From contig CAJTPM010000001.1 of the NCBI GenBank assembly GCA_910578085.1, forward strand, positions 1 to 56,970: 56,970 bases of DNA. The letters are read 5' to 3'. The notes under the pieces were generated by a model. The model was not told the origin of the DNA. It saw nothing but the letters and a program-made list of their open reading frames with translations, and did no database searches. The stretch is from an uncultured Lachnospiraceae bacterium. GTDB lineage: Bacteria; Bacillota; Clostridia; Lachnospirales; Lachnospiraceae. Below are positions 10,206 through 19,137 of this stretch, piece by piece. A program made the position numbers and the translations under genes. Within the stretch, counting starts at the first letter, position 1. Every line of letters begins with the position of its first letter.

Positions 10206-10321
10206 TATATTAAATGGGGGAAAATCCGTCCGACATTGTATTCCATCTCAAAAACATTTTTTATGCGCACTTTCGAGCAGCTATTACATTTATCATGCGC
10301 ACTTTCCAGCTACACGCCCCG

Positions 10322-11509
10322 CTATACCAGATAATGGAGCATCGATTCCCCGATCGCCTCCTTCGGCATCGGCACGCCAAAATTATCAGCAACCGTAGCG
10401 CCGATTACCGCAAAGGTACTCTGCTCCGGCAGTCTGCCGTTTCCTTTCATACACTTCGCATATGCAAGAAATGGTACTTTCTCCCTTGTGTGATCCGATC
10501 CCGTATAAGTCGGATCCGTGCCGTGGTCTGCGGAGATAACCACCAGATCATCCTCCCGCAGTTTTTCTAACAGGATTCCCAGTTTTTCATCAAACCGCTC
10601 TAACTCGTCCCGATACCCTTCCGGATTCCTTCTGTGTCCCCACTTGGCGTCGAAATCCACCAGATTTACAAAACACAATCCTGTAAAATCCTTGTCCGCC
10701 AGTTCAATGGTCTGCTCCATGCCATGCACCGAAGATTTGGACTTATGGGCCTCGGTAATGCCCTCCCCGTCAAAAATGTCCACGATCTTGCCCACGGAGA
10801 TCACATCATAGCCATGATCTTTCAGCGCATTCAACGCCGTATCATGAGGCGGTTTCAGCGCATAGTCGTGACGGTTGCTGGTGCGTTCAAACTCGCCCTT
10901 TTTCTTTCCGATATACGGTCTTGCAATGACGCGCCCCACCTTCCACTTTTCTTCCAGTGTCAGTTCTCTCGCGATCTCACAGCAACGGTACAGTTCTTTT
11001 AAATCAAAAGTCTCCTCCTGCCCGCAGATCTGCAGCACGGAATCCGCCGACGTATAGACGATCATATGCCCTGTGGCGATCTCCTCCTCGCCCAGCTCAT
11101 CGATGATCTCCGTACCGCTGGCGCTTCTGTTGCCGATCACCTTATGTCCGGTGCGCCGTTCCAGCTCGTCGATCAGCTCTTTCGGAAAACCGGTTTCCGT
11201 AAAGGTCTGGAATGGCGTCTTCGTCTCCACCCCCATCATCTCCCAGTGTCCGGTCATGGTGTCCTTTCCGTTGCTGGCCTCCCGAAGGATCGCCTGATAG
11301 CCGAGAGGATTTTCCAGCGCCGCCACCTGCTTTAAAGGCGTCAGGTTTGCGATCCCGAGCTTCTGCAGATTCGGAATCTCAAAATGATCCACAGCCTCCG
11401 AGATATGCCCCAGCGTATTGACGCCGATATCCCCAAACTTCGGACCATCCGGCATCTGTCCCACCCCCAGTGAATCGATCACAATTACAAAAATACGTTT
11501 ATAGTTCAT
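10322..11509 (-). CDS. deoB: Phosphopentomutase
   Basis: [22 protein letters not shown]...[15 protein letters not shown]...[17 protein letters not shown] (alkaline-phosphatase-like metal ligands). Start moved to the ATG at 11509, which has a GGAGGTAAC ribosome-binding site. Confidence 0.85.
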   Translation of the reverse strand: MNYKRIFVIVIDSLGVGQMPDGPKFGDIGVNTLGHISEAVDHFEIPNLQKLGIANLTPLKQVAALENPLGYQAILREASNGKDTMTGHWEMMGVETKTPFQTFTETGFPKELIDELERRTGHKVIGNRSASGTEIIDELGEEEIATGHMIVYTSADSVLQICGQEETFDLKELYRCCEIARELTLEEKWKVGRVIARPYIGKKKGEFERTSNRHDYALKPPHDTALNALKDHGYDVISVGKIVDIFDGEGITEAHKSKSSVHGMEQTIELADKDFTGLCFVNLVDFDAKWGHRRNPEGYRDELERFDEKLGILLEKLREDDLVVISADHGTDPTYTGSDHTREKVPFLAYAKCMKGNGRLPEQSTFAVIGATVADNFGVPMPKEAIGESMLHYLV

Positions 11510-11591
11510 ACTGTTACCTCCATCTGATTGCATACTACCAAAATACCATATATCGGCACCTCTTTTCAAGTCTTCGGACGATTCTTTCCCG

Positions 11592-11754
11592 CAAAGTGAT
11601 AACAGTTCAGCCTTCGGCTTCACTGTCATGGAATCCGGCCCATTTAGAGTTTGCTTTCAGCAAAGGGCCGGATTCTTTAGCTGAAAATTTACGCATTCTT
11701 ACGGACTTTGCAGCAAGTGCAAAGTCCTGGGCTGAACTGTTACACAAAGTGATA
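11592..11754. mobile_element. MITE-like element with 13-bp terminal inverted repeats flanked by a 10-bp direct repeat
   Basis: Left end caaagtgata|acagttcagcc, right end ggctgaactgtta|cacaaagtgata. Two internal perfect hairpins: gaatccggccc/gggccggattc and ggactttgca/tgcaaagtcc. The terminal sequence GGCTGAACTGTTA is also found at the 3' end of the IS110 remnant at 51575-51589. Confidence 0.5.
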
Positions 11755-11849
11755 TCCGTTCCATCCTGCGGCAGTCGCACCAAGAAAAAGGACCGCCCCA
11801 CACTGTGAGACAGCCCCCTTTCTGTTCATTTTTCAGCTACGCCAGTCAC

Positions 11850-12053
11850 TTATTTCAGGTTCTGCTCGTAGTTCTTTACCATTCTCTTAACCATTTCGCC
11901 ACCGATGGAACCAGCTTCACGAGAAGTTAAGTCGCCGTTATATCCCTCTTTCAGGTTGATACCCATTTCAGATGCAACCTCAGTTTTGAAACGATCCATA
12001 GCAGCCTTTGCTTCAGGTACTGCCATAGTAGAAGAATTTTTGCTATTAGCCAT
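11850..12053 (-). CDS. Small acid-soluble spore protein, alpha/beta type
   Basis: 67 aa: MANSKNSSTMAVPEAKAAMDRFKTEVASEMGINLKEGYNGDLTSREAGSIGGEMVKRMV. Carries the canonical SASP motifs. AGGAGG-like ribosome-binding site. Confidence 0.8.
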   Translation of the reverse strand: MANSKNSSTMAVPEAKAAMDRFKTEVASEMGINLKEGYNGDLTSREAGSIGGEMVKRMVKNYEQNLK

Positions 12054-12178
12054 TTTTTCATACCTCCATATTTTTCATACTGTTTTTCAGTTTGCAGATA
12101 AGTCCTTGCGACTTATCCTGTAGTTATTATTGACCGCCTTCTGAAAAATATGTTGGTAATGAATGGTATTATCAGATC

Positions 12179-12589
12179 TTATTCCCTCTCCTTCTTTTCA
12201 CATAAATATTCGATCACATTTTTTCTTGTGATAATACCAATGAAGCATTTCTGCCCGTCGATCACTGGCACAAAATTCTGCTGCACAACTTTGGAGATCA
12301 GATCCTCCATTTTCGCCCCCACACTCACCGGTTGGTTATCCCGATGGCGCTTTATCTCCTTGATACGGATATCCTCGGCATTACGTATATTTAAATTGTG
12401 GCGGTTTTTGATGTCCCAGAGCAGATCGCCCTCGGTGATCGTCCCCTTGTAGGCGCCTGTTGTCCTGGAGATCATCGGAATCGACGCATACCTGTGCTTT
12501 TCCATCACTTCTAACACCTGTCTGAGGGAATCATCCTCATAGACATAAATACATTCCGCCTTAGGCTTTAAAAAAAACAAAATATTCAT
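12179..12589 (-). CDS. CBS-domain pair protein
   Basis: 136 aa with two CBS-like motifs (SLRQVLEVMEKHRYASIPMISRT...; ISKVVQQNFVPVIDGQ). Confidence 0.65.
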   Translation of the reverse strand: MNILFFLKPKAECIYVYEDDSLRQVLEVMEKHRYASIPMISRTTGAYKGTITEGDLLWDIKNRHNLNIRNAEDIRIKEIKRHRDNQPVSVGAKMEDLISKVVQQNFVPVIDGQKCFIGIITRKNVIEYLCEKKERE

Positions 12590-12698
12590 AATTTATTCTT
12601 ATCCTGTTCAAATTCTTTATTCTTCTTTCGTCATATTTACGGCCACAAATTTTATGCAAATAAAAATTCATCCTGCTGTCCGACCTTACCTCTGTATC

Positions 12699-13244
12699 TT
12701 AATATACGATCTTCTCCGCCATCGCTTTCGCCGCTTCTTTTCCCTGATACCGCTCTAAAATAGAAAGCGCAAACGGAATCGCCGCTCCCATGCCGCGGCC
12801 GGTCGTGATATTACCGGAGATAACGCTGGGCTCCGATAGCACCTCCGCTCCCTCCAGATGCTCCTCAAAGGAAGGGAAACAGCAGGCCTTCTTTCCCTTT
12901 AAATGGCCTCTGTGCCCTAAAATACTGGGCGCCGCGCAGATCGCGCTGACCGGTCTGTCCGCTTTTACGAACGCATCCACCTGTTCCATCAATGCCTCGC
13001 AGGCCTCCAGATTTTTTGTCCCCGGCATACCGCCCGGCAGCACGATCATCTCCACCTGGTCAAAATTTACTTCCGACAGCACCGCGTCCATCTTCACCGT
13101 AATCTGATGGGAGCCGGTGACTTCCCTCTCCTGTGTGATGGAAACCATCTTTACGGGAAGAGCCGCTCTCCTTAAAATATCCACCGCGGTGAGCGCTTCT
13201 ATCTCCTCGTAACCTTCCCCGAAAAATACGCAGATATCGTTCAT
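12699..13244 (-). CDS. DJ-1/PfpI family protein
   Basis: MNDICVFFGEGYEEIEALTAVDILRRAALPV...AICAAPSILG, with the nucleophile elbow Cys. Start chosen at the ATG with a GGAGGAGAG ribosome-binding site. Confidence 0.75.
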   Translation of the reverse strand: MNDICVFFGEGYEEIEALTAVDILRRAALPVKMVSITQEREVTGSHQITVKMDAVLSEVNFDQVEMIVLPGGMPGTKNLEACEALMEQVDAFVKADRPVSAICAAPSILGHRGHLKGKKACCFPSFEEHLEGAEVLSEPSVISGNITTGRGMGAAIPFALSILERYQGKEAAKAMAEKIVY

Positions 13245-13573
13245 TGCTCTCTCCTCCATTTTCCTTTCGCTTTTTCACAGACTGTTCTCACATACAGCCT
13301 ACGTCAGAAATTCTGTTTTCAAAAACATCTTTCTTCTGATTTTGTTTTGCCACATGACAACTATATATTCAGTGTACCATTTTCTTCGATTTTATCCAAT
13401 GGATTTGATGTGAAAATTTTGTAAATAATTTCTGACAGACAGCCATTGCAAAAAAACTCCTTTTTCTATATAGTAGAATGGTAAGTAACATATACCTGCG
13501 CCATTTGACAGACATAACGTTTATCACAGAAAATACATAGCATTTACCACATCAGTCAAAAAGGAGCTCCTCC

Positions 13574-14074
13574 ATGGAAATCGAACGCAAATTTTTATTA
13601 AGAAAGATACCGGAAAACCTGGACAGTTATCCTTACCATTTGATCGAGCAGGCCTATTTATGCGTAACACCTGTTATTCGAATCCGCAGACAGGACGACG
13701 AGTATTATTTGACTTACAAGGGAAGCGGTATGATGAGCCGAGAAGAATATAATCTGCCTTTGACAAAAGAGGCCTATGAACATCTGCTGCCAAAATCTGA
13801 CGGCAATGTCATATCTAAAAAAAGGTATCTGATTCCTTTGTCATCCGAAGAAATCAACCCGGAATGCCTGTCACTTTTGGGTGACACTGCTCTCATCATA
13901 GAACTGGATGAGTTTGCGCCCCCTTTTGCGCCGCTTCTTCTGGCGGAGATAGAATTTCCCACCGAGGAAGCTGCAAACGCCTTTCAGATGCCGGACTGGT
14001 TTTTGGAGGATGTGACTCAGGATGTCAGATACCATAATTCTTATATGTCAGCAATGCATCTTTCCCAGGCATAA
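13574..14074 (+). CDS. CYTH-domain (triphosphate tunnel metalloenzyme) protein
   Basis: N-terminal EIERKFLL motif (CYTH ExExK). 166 aa. Confidence 0.7.
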   Translation: MEIERKFLLRKIPENLDSYPYHLIEQAYLCVTPVIRIRRQDDEYYLTYKGSGMMSREEYNLPLTKEAYEHLLPKSDGNVISKKRYLIPLSSEEINPECLSLLGDTALIIELDEFAPPFAPLLLAEIEFPTEEAANAFQMPDWFLEDVTQDVRYHNSYMSAMHLSQA

Positions 14075-14487
14075 TGTATCACCTGTGAAAGACTTTTCTG
14101 AAATTGTCAGCTTTTTCAAACATATTTCCGAAAAAACTCCAACTTTTTTAACGGCTTTTCGCACCTGTCTATAACTTCTTCTGATATTAAAACAATAACT
14201 CTACGGCTCCTGTCAGCCCGGAGTCCGCCCCTAACTCTGTCTGATAAAACTGAACCTCAAATTCCGTAGTCTGGTAGCGTCTGAACTGCTCTTCCACTTT
14301 TTTGATCAGCTTATCCCCCATCGCCTACAGGCGGCTCTATCATTACCTGATGGAAAATCCTCTGCAATATTTTTTTCTTGCATCCAGCGTAAATGTAAAC
14401 CCGAACCCTCTCTGTCCCGTGGGAAGAAATATCCATTCTGTTTTAGACGGCAGGCCCGGGCTTACCTTTTGTCCACAGATAATCCTT

Positions 14488-15591
14488 TTACCGTCCCGTC
14501 CCCATCATCTTCCCCAGCTGTTCCACGATGCCGGCGCTGCCGTTCACGGAGATCTCGCCGACCTTTTCACAGATCCGCTCCAGATACTCCAGTTCTTTCA
14601 GCTTGTAGAGCGTCTGGTTCTCCTCCATGAGTTTCGCTGTATTGAGGAGCGATCTGGTGGAAGCCACCTCCTCCCTTCTGGAGATAACGTTTGCCTGCGC
14701 CGTCTTCTCCGCTACAAGGACTTTGTTCATGATCTCCCTGATCTCCCCGGGCAGTATGATATCCCTGATGCCGGCGGACACGAAATTCACGCAGAACATG
14801 TTCTCCCGTTCCTTAAGCGCCCCAAAGATCTCTTTGGAGATCCGGTCCTTCGCCTCCAGTATCTCATCCAGCTTGTAGTTACCCACAATCTCCCGGATGG
14901 CCAGCTGCACCGCAGGGTAAAGCTGGGCTTTCAGATCAGAGACCGTCTCCACAAACTCCACCGCATCCCGCACTTTGTACATGCATGCCACGTTCATCCG
15001 AATGCCGATCTTATCCTTTGTCAGGATCTCCTGTCCCAGGATATCTAACTCCTTCTGCTTCATATCGATGACGGTACAGGTCACGATGTGGTTGTAATTC
15101 CAGAACCGGTACACACCCTTAGAGAGCGGCTCCTGCATGACATTGTCGTAGTAGACAAGGCCCACCTCGCCCTCGCCCACCCGTACTTCCGTGTAGTACT
15201 TCATCGGAACCATGGAGAGCATCTGTTTCGTGACCTCTGCGCCGATCAGTGTCTCCTCCATGGAGACAATTTTCATCCCGTACTTGTCAAACACGTTCCA
15301 GAAAACATACTCTTTCCTCGTCGCAAAGGAAGTGAGCTTCCCGTTCATATAGATAAACCCCAGCGAACCGTCCGGTATTTCCATATGTACCGTGGCCTCC
15401 CGAAAGGCGGGATCTCTTTCCAGTATCTGGCAGGGCAGACCCAGATAGTTCATCTCGCCCGACATCTCCTCGATCTGCACCGTATAACCTGCTATCTGAG
15501 GAAAATGATAGGTCCCCGCCGTGATCATTTTCTGAAACACGCCGTTTTTTAATACAAATCCTGCCTGATTATCTCTGATGATATACTTCAT
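14488..15591 (-). CDS. SPFH/band-7 domain protein with N-terminal duplicated beta-rich domains
   Basis: C-terminal half (AVQLAIREIVGNYKLDEIL...EIMNKVLVAEKTAQANVISRREEVASTR...) is typical stomatin/flotillin-like SPFH. Confidence 0.7.
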   Translation of the reverse strand: MKYIIRDNQAGFVLKNGVFQKMITAGTYHFPQIAGYTVQIEEMSGEMNYLGLPCQILERDPAFREATVHMEIPDGSLGFIYMNGKLTSFATRKEYVFWNVFDKYGMKIVSMEETLIGAEVTKQMLSMVPMKYYTEVRVGEGEVGLVYYDNVMQEPLSKGVYRFWNYNHIVTCTVIDMKQKELDILGQEILTKDKIGIRMNVACMYKVRDAVEFVETVSDLKAQLYPAVQLAIREIVGNYKLDEILEAKDRISKEIFGALKERENMFCVNFVSAGIRDIILPGEIREIMNKVLVAEKTAQANVISRREEVASTRSLLNTAKLMEENQTLYKLKELEYLERICEKVGEISVNGSAGIVEQLGKMMGTGR

Positions 15592-16027
15592 CTTGACACC
15601 TCCCTGTATTAATGATCATTTTTCTTTGTTTTTTCTTCAATTACAATACTTTCTATCCCTCATTCATCCATCTTTTGCGGAAAACCGGTTGAGCAGGTTG
15701 TGGGGAGAAAGGACCGTTTGTCCTGATATTTTCTCCGATCCCGCAGATTTATGCTCCGCCTGGCATCTTCTGACTGACAGATCCTGTCAGCAGTATTTGC
15801 CGGACAGATTTCGTCACCCGAAACTGCCCTACAGCTTCTGCCCGGTACGTCTCACCGGACATTCTCTGCCCCGCAGTTTCTATCCGGATGCTGTAAACTG
15901 CCGGATCATCAAAAATATTCTCCACAGACCGCTGTTTCCCCTTCCATCCTGCGGTATCCCCGACCTTCTGGCAAAAGACGGACTGGCATCTGCTTTCGCT
16001 TATGCCTGAAATCGGGATAAAAGTATT

Positions 16028-16165
16028 TGATTTGCGCGGATTCGAACCGCAGACTTTACAGGTCTTGCCATTTTGTTGTGCGCTTTACCAACTAAGCTAC
16101 CGTTTACACGGGAGGGATTTGAACCCCCGAAAACACAAATCCTTCTTAACCCTACGTTAAGTCTG
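16028..16165 (-). ncRNA. Non-canonical tRNA-like RNA with two T-arm modules (candidate Y-RNA-like tRNA mimic, or degenerate tRNA genes)
   Basis: Minus-strand read contains a D-arm-like TAGCTTAGTTGGTAAAGCG, a hairpin agac-CTGTAAA-gtct, T-arm gcgg-TTCGAAT-ccgc, and a second T-arm ggggg-TTCAAAT-ccctc. Acceptor strands cannot be paired and there is no room for a variable loop, so neither copy is a canonical tRNA. Sits 170 nt downstream of rtcB. Confidence 0.4.
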
Positions 16166-16368
16166 GTGAAATATTTATGGCATACCGGACGGCACGCCGC
16201 CGGCACCGCCGGGCAGGAAGTACCTTCCAGATGCCCGCGCGTTATAAATTATTTCCTTCCTTTCATAGCACTGCCACGAATTACCGATGCAGTGCGAAAC
16301 CGTAACCGAATTGCCAGTCTGACTGAAAAATCAACCTCCTGTCTGCTGACAAATTCCTTTTTGGCATA

Positions 16369-17601
16369 CTAGCCCTTCACAACGCCCACAGTCTTTAATT
16401 TCCTCACAGGCGTAACCATATCCTGCTGCTGTTCCATCACCTGATCGATATCCTTGTAAGCGAACCGGCACTCCTCGGCCACATCGTTTTTCTTCCGTTT
16501 TCCCAGCACCACATCCTGCTCCTTCAGATCCACCATAACCTGCTCGATGCTGAACGCTTTCATGGCCCCCGATCTGGAATAGCTTCTGCCCGCCCCGTGG
16601 GAAGAAGTGCAGAAGGATTCTTTATTTCCCTTTCCCTCCACCACATAGCTGTAGGAACCCATGGCCCCGGGTATCACGGCCATCTCTCCTTCGCGTACTC
16701 TTGTGGCTCCTTTTCTGTGCACCCACACATTTTCATGATAGTGATTCTCCAACGATGCATAATTGTGATGGCAGTTGATCTCCTCTCCGAATTCCACGGT
16801 GTGATCCGTATGCTTCTCAATCAGCTCCTTTACCGTCGCGCAGGTCTTATGGAGCATTCGTTCTCTGTTCTCAAAGGCATAATCCAAAGCCAGGTTCATC
16901 CAGTTGATATACTGCTGCCCCTCCGCAGACTGCACAGGCAGGAAGGCCAGATGATACTCATCCTTCACTTCGCTGTACCATGTCTGATTGAGTTCTCTCG
17001 CTATCCCATGGAAGTGATCGCAGATCGCCTTCCCGAGATGGCGGCTTCCGGAATGGATCATGATACACAAAAATCCATCCTGATCCTCCTGCAGCTCAAT
17101 AAAATGATTGCCGCCCCCCAAACTCCCCACCTGAAAGTAACCGTCATCGATCAGGGGCAGAAGCTCCGGATTCTGTTCATATTTTTCCATCTCCTGTTTT
17201 GCCAGGTCAAGCACCGCGGATTCCTGCGGCGTCTTATACCGCTCCGTATTTAACGGAATGGACCGCATGATATTTCCGATAATGGCCTGGATTAACGTCC
17301 CGTTCCCGGTCTGGATCCCACGGATATCCTCCACCCGAATATTGGTCGGCACAAAATCCATACCGCAGCCGATGTCCACGCCCACCGCGTTGGGAATGAC
17401 CACATCCTTCGCCGCAATCACGCCGCCGATGGGCATCCCCTTCCCCGTGTGGGTATCCGGCATCAGGCACACCCATTTATGTAAAAACGGAAGCTGCGAC
17501 AGATGATATGCCTGTTCCAGACAGCTCTCCTCCAGCTGACTGATATCTTTCAACCATATTTTGATTGGTAATCTCGTTTTTTCATTACATATTACAAACA
17601 T
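16369..17601 (-). CDS. rtcB: RNA-splicing ligase RtcB (3'-phosphate/5'-OH RNA ligase)
   Basis: 410 aa with RtcB metal and GMP ligands (PDTHTGKGMPIGGV, GVDIGCGM, NHYHENVWVHRKGA, HGAGR). GAAGGAGG ribosome-binding site. Confidence 0.9.
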   Translation of the reverse strand: MFVICNEKTRLPIKIWLKDISQLEESCLEQAYHLSQLPFLHKWVCLMPDTHTGKGMPIGGVIAAKDVVIPNAVGVDIGCGMDFVPTNIRVEDIRGIQTGNGTLIQAIIGNIMRSIPLNTERYKTPQESAVLDLAKQEMEKYEQNPELLPLIDDGYFQVGSLGGGNHFIELQEDQDGFLCIMIHSGSRHLGKAICDHFHGIARELNQTWYSEVKDEYHLAFLPVQSAEGQQYINWMNLALDYAFENRERMLHKTCATVKELIEKHTDHTVEFGEEINCHHNYASLENHYHENVWVHRKGATRVREGEMAVIPGAMGSYSYVVEGKGNKESFCTSSHGAGRSYSRSGAMKAFSIEQVMVDLKEQDVVLGKRKKNDVAEECRFAYKDIDQVMEQQQDMVTPVRKLKTVGVVKG

Positions 17602-17659
17602 GTTCGCGCCTCCTTCTCTTCGTTTCTTCCGTCTTACGTTTCCTGCTTCTCTCGATCTG

Positions 17660-17705
17660 TGCCTATTATAGGAAACATTTTCCGGAGAATCATTTCAAAA
17701 AAGTT
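17660..17705 (-). promoter_or_regulatory. Candidate rtcB promoter: perfect -10 TATAAT with poor -35
   Basis: Minus-strand TATAAT at 17665-17670 with upstream tgattc. The weak -35 suggests activator dependence. Confidence 0.35.
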
Positions 17706-17803
17706 GCGAAGTGTAGTAAAATATAGATAATATTGAATACAAACGAAATTTTGCAAAACTGATATCGGCAATTTGCCATACATTACATTTAAGGGGAAAA
17801 ATC

Positions 17804-19117
17804 ATGTCCGATTTTCAGGAACTGATAAAAAGTTTTCCAAAAACAAGGGAATACGTCCGGGATTTTTTCGTCTACGGTTTTAAAACCAGAGAGGAATTCA
17901 GGGAAAAAAGCCCCCGCACCTACGACAACGAACGCAGGCGCCTGGAAAGCTGGCTCGGGGATTATGTACGGAAGGACTATGTCTCAAGGAGTTCCAACAT
18001 CTCTCAGGGAGTCAATATCTCCCAGGGAGTCAATATCTCCCAGGGAGTCAATATCTCCCAGGGAGTCAATATCTCCCTTGCTATAGACAGCAACCTTCTC
18101 GACACCAACCCGTTATTTCAGGTATGGAAGACGAAGAGTTTCACCGACAACGATATCGTGCTGCACTTTCTGATACTGGATCTGCTGTCAGACAGCAGAG
18201 AACTGACCGCCGAGGAGATCACGGAACATCTGCTCGATGAATACGAAGCGCTGTTCGATGTTCAGACCGTCAGGAGAAAATGCAATGCCTACGAGAAAGA
18301 GGGCCTGTTACAGAAAAAGAAAGTCGGAAAAACCATTGTCTTTTCTCTGAACCTCTCCCTGATCTCCTGGATAAGAGACCGGGAAAACATGGCGGACGCG
18401 CTTTCTTTTTATCAGATAGCGGAAAGTTTCGGCGTTGTTGGAAATTATCTGACCGAAAAACTGGATCACCGTAATCAAAGCTTCCGGGCAAAACACAGTT
18501 TCTGCGTACATACCCTGGAAGATGAGATCCTCCTGAAGCTTCTGGACGCCATGAACGGGAAGCAGGAAGTGCATCTGGAAATGAAAAGTTCCAGGCGCGG
18601 CACTGCAAATACTGCGGACTGTACGCCCCTGCAGATCTTCACCAGCACAAGAAGCGGCAGACGTTTTCTGTGCGGTTATGTCAAACACAGCAGGCGCTTT
18701 ACCTGTTATCGGCTGGACACGATCAGGACTGTCACACCCCTGCAGCGGTTGCCGAAATATGATGAACTGCTCTCCATACTTGACCGAAACAGAGAACATC
18801 TCTGGGGTGTATCTTTTCATGGCGGCAGCCGCCATCTGGAAAAACTGACTATGAAACTGCAGGTTTTCGCGCCTCGCGAACAGTATATCGTCAACCGCCT
18901 GAAACAGGAAGGCCGGCACGGCACGGTCACAAAACTGGAACAGAACGTCTATCAGTACGAGATTGAGGTCTTCGACTGCAACGAGATGCTGCCCTGGATC
19001 CGCACTTTTATCGGCAGGATCCTGTCGCTCACATGCACGGATAAGTCCGTGGAACAGCTCTTTTATCGGGATCTGCAGACCATGTACCGAATGTATCAGA
19101 TAGAGGAAACAAAATAG
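17804..19117 (+). CDS. WYL-domain transcriptional regulator (HTH-WYL-WCX-like), paralogue 1
   Basis: WYL-like core RRFLCGYVKHSRRFTCYRLDTIRTV (compare GRWYL.AY...FRLDRI). N-terminal HTH-like region. Contains the in-frame ISQGVN tandem repeat. Divergent from rtcB. Confidence 0.6.
   Translation: MSDFQELIKSFPKTREYVRDFFVYGFKTREEFREKSPRTYDNERRRLESWLGDYVRKDYVSRSSNISQGVNISQGVNISQGVNISQGVNISLAIDSNLLDTNPLFQVWKTKSFTDNDIVLHFLILDLLSDSRELTAEEITEHLLDEYEALFDVQTVRRKCNAYEKEGLLQKKKVGKTIVFSLNLSLISWIRDRENMADALSFYQIAESFGVVGNYLTEKLDHRNQSFRAKHSFCVHTLEDEILLKLLDAMNGKQEVHLEMKSSRRGTANTADCTPLQIFTSTRSGRRFLCGYVKHSRRFTCYRLDTIRTVTPLQRLPKYDELLSILDRNREHLWGVSFHGGSRHLEKLTMKLQVFAPREQYIVNRLKQEGRHGTVTKLEQNVYQYEIEVFDCNEMLPWIRTFIGRILSLTCTDKSVEQLFYRDLQTMYRMYQIEETK
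17995..18082 (+). repeat. 18-bp in-frame tandem repeat (~4.7 copies) encoding (N)ISQGV
   Basis: caa(c/t)atctc(t/c)cagggagt repeated head to tail. Three central copies are identical. Confidence 0.9.
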
Positions 19118-19137
19118 CATCATACAGGAGACATAAA

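Noticed and set aside
12054-12130. Forespore sigma-G/F-type promoter for the SASP gene
   Set aside because: ggATAA-N18-CAAACTGA only loosely fits GnATR-N17/18-CATnnTA. Too weak to call.
14302-15048. 248-aa plus-strand ORF
   Set aside because: Antisense to the SPFH-domain gene, which has clear family motifs. No ribosome-binding site.
16028-16165. Two ordinary tRNA genes on the minus strand
   Set aside because: Both have good T-loops, but neither has a pairable 7-bp acceptor stem. The first lacks room for a variable loop, and there are 15 extra nt between the D-arm and the anticodon-like hairpin. Reported as tRNA-like ncRNA instead.
16200-16368. Ro60/Rsr partner for a Y-RNA
   Set aside because: No TROVE/vWA-like ORF anywhere near rtcB in this window. 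Only GC-rich hairpins in this spacer.
16597-17253. 218-aa plus-strand ORF
   Set aside because: Antisense to rtcB.
17602-17803. Sigma-54 (-24 GG / -12 GC) promoter for rtcB, as in RtcR-controlled rtcBA
   Set aside because: The TGGCAAATTGCC sequence has wrong GG-GC spacing. No enhancer-binding protein gene nearby.
18308-19123. 271-aa minus-strand ORF
   Set aside because: Antisense to WYL paralogue 1. No recognisable motifs.
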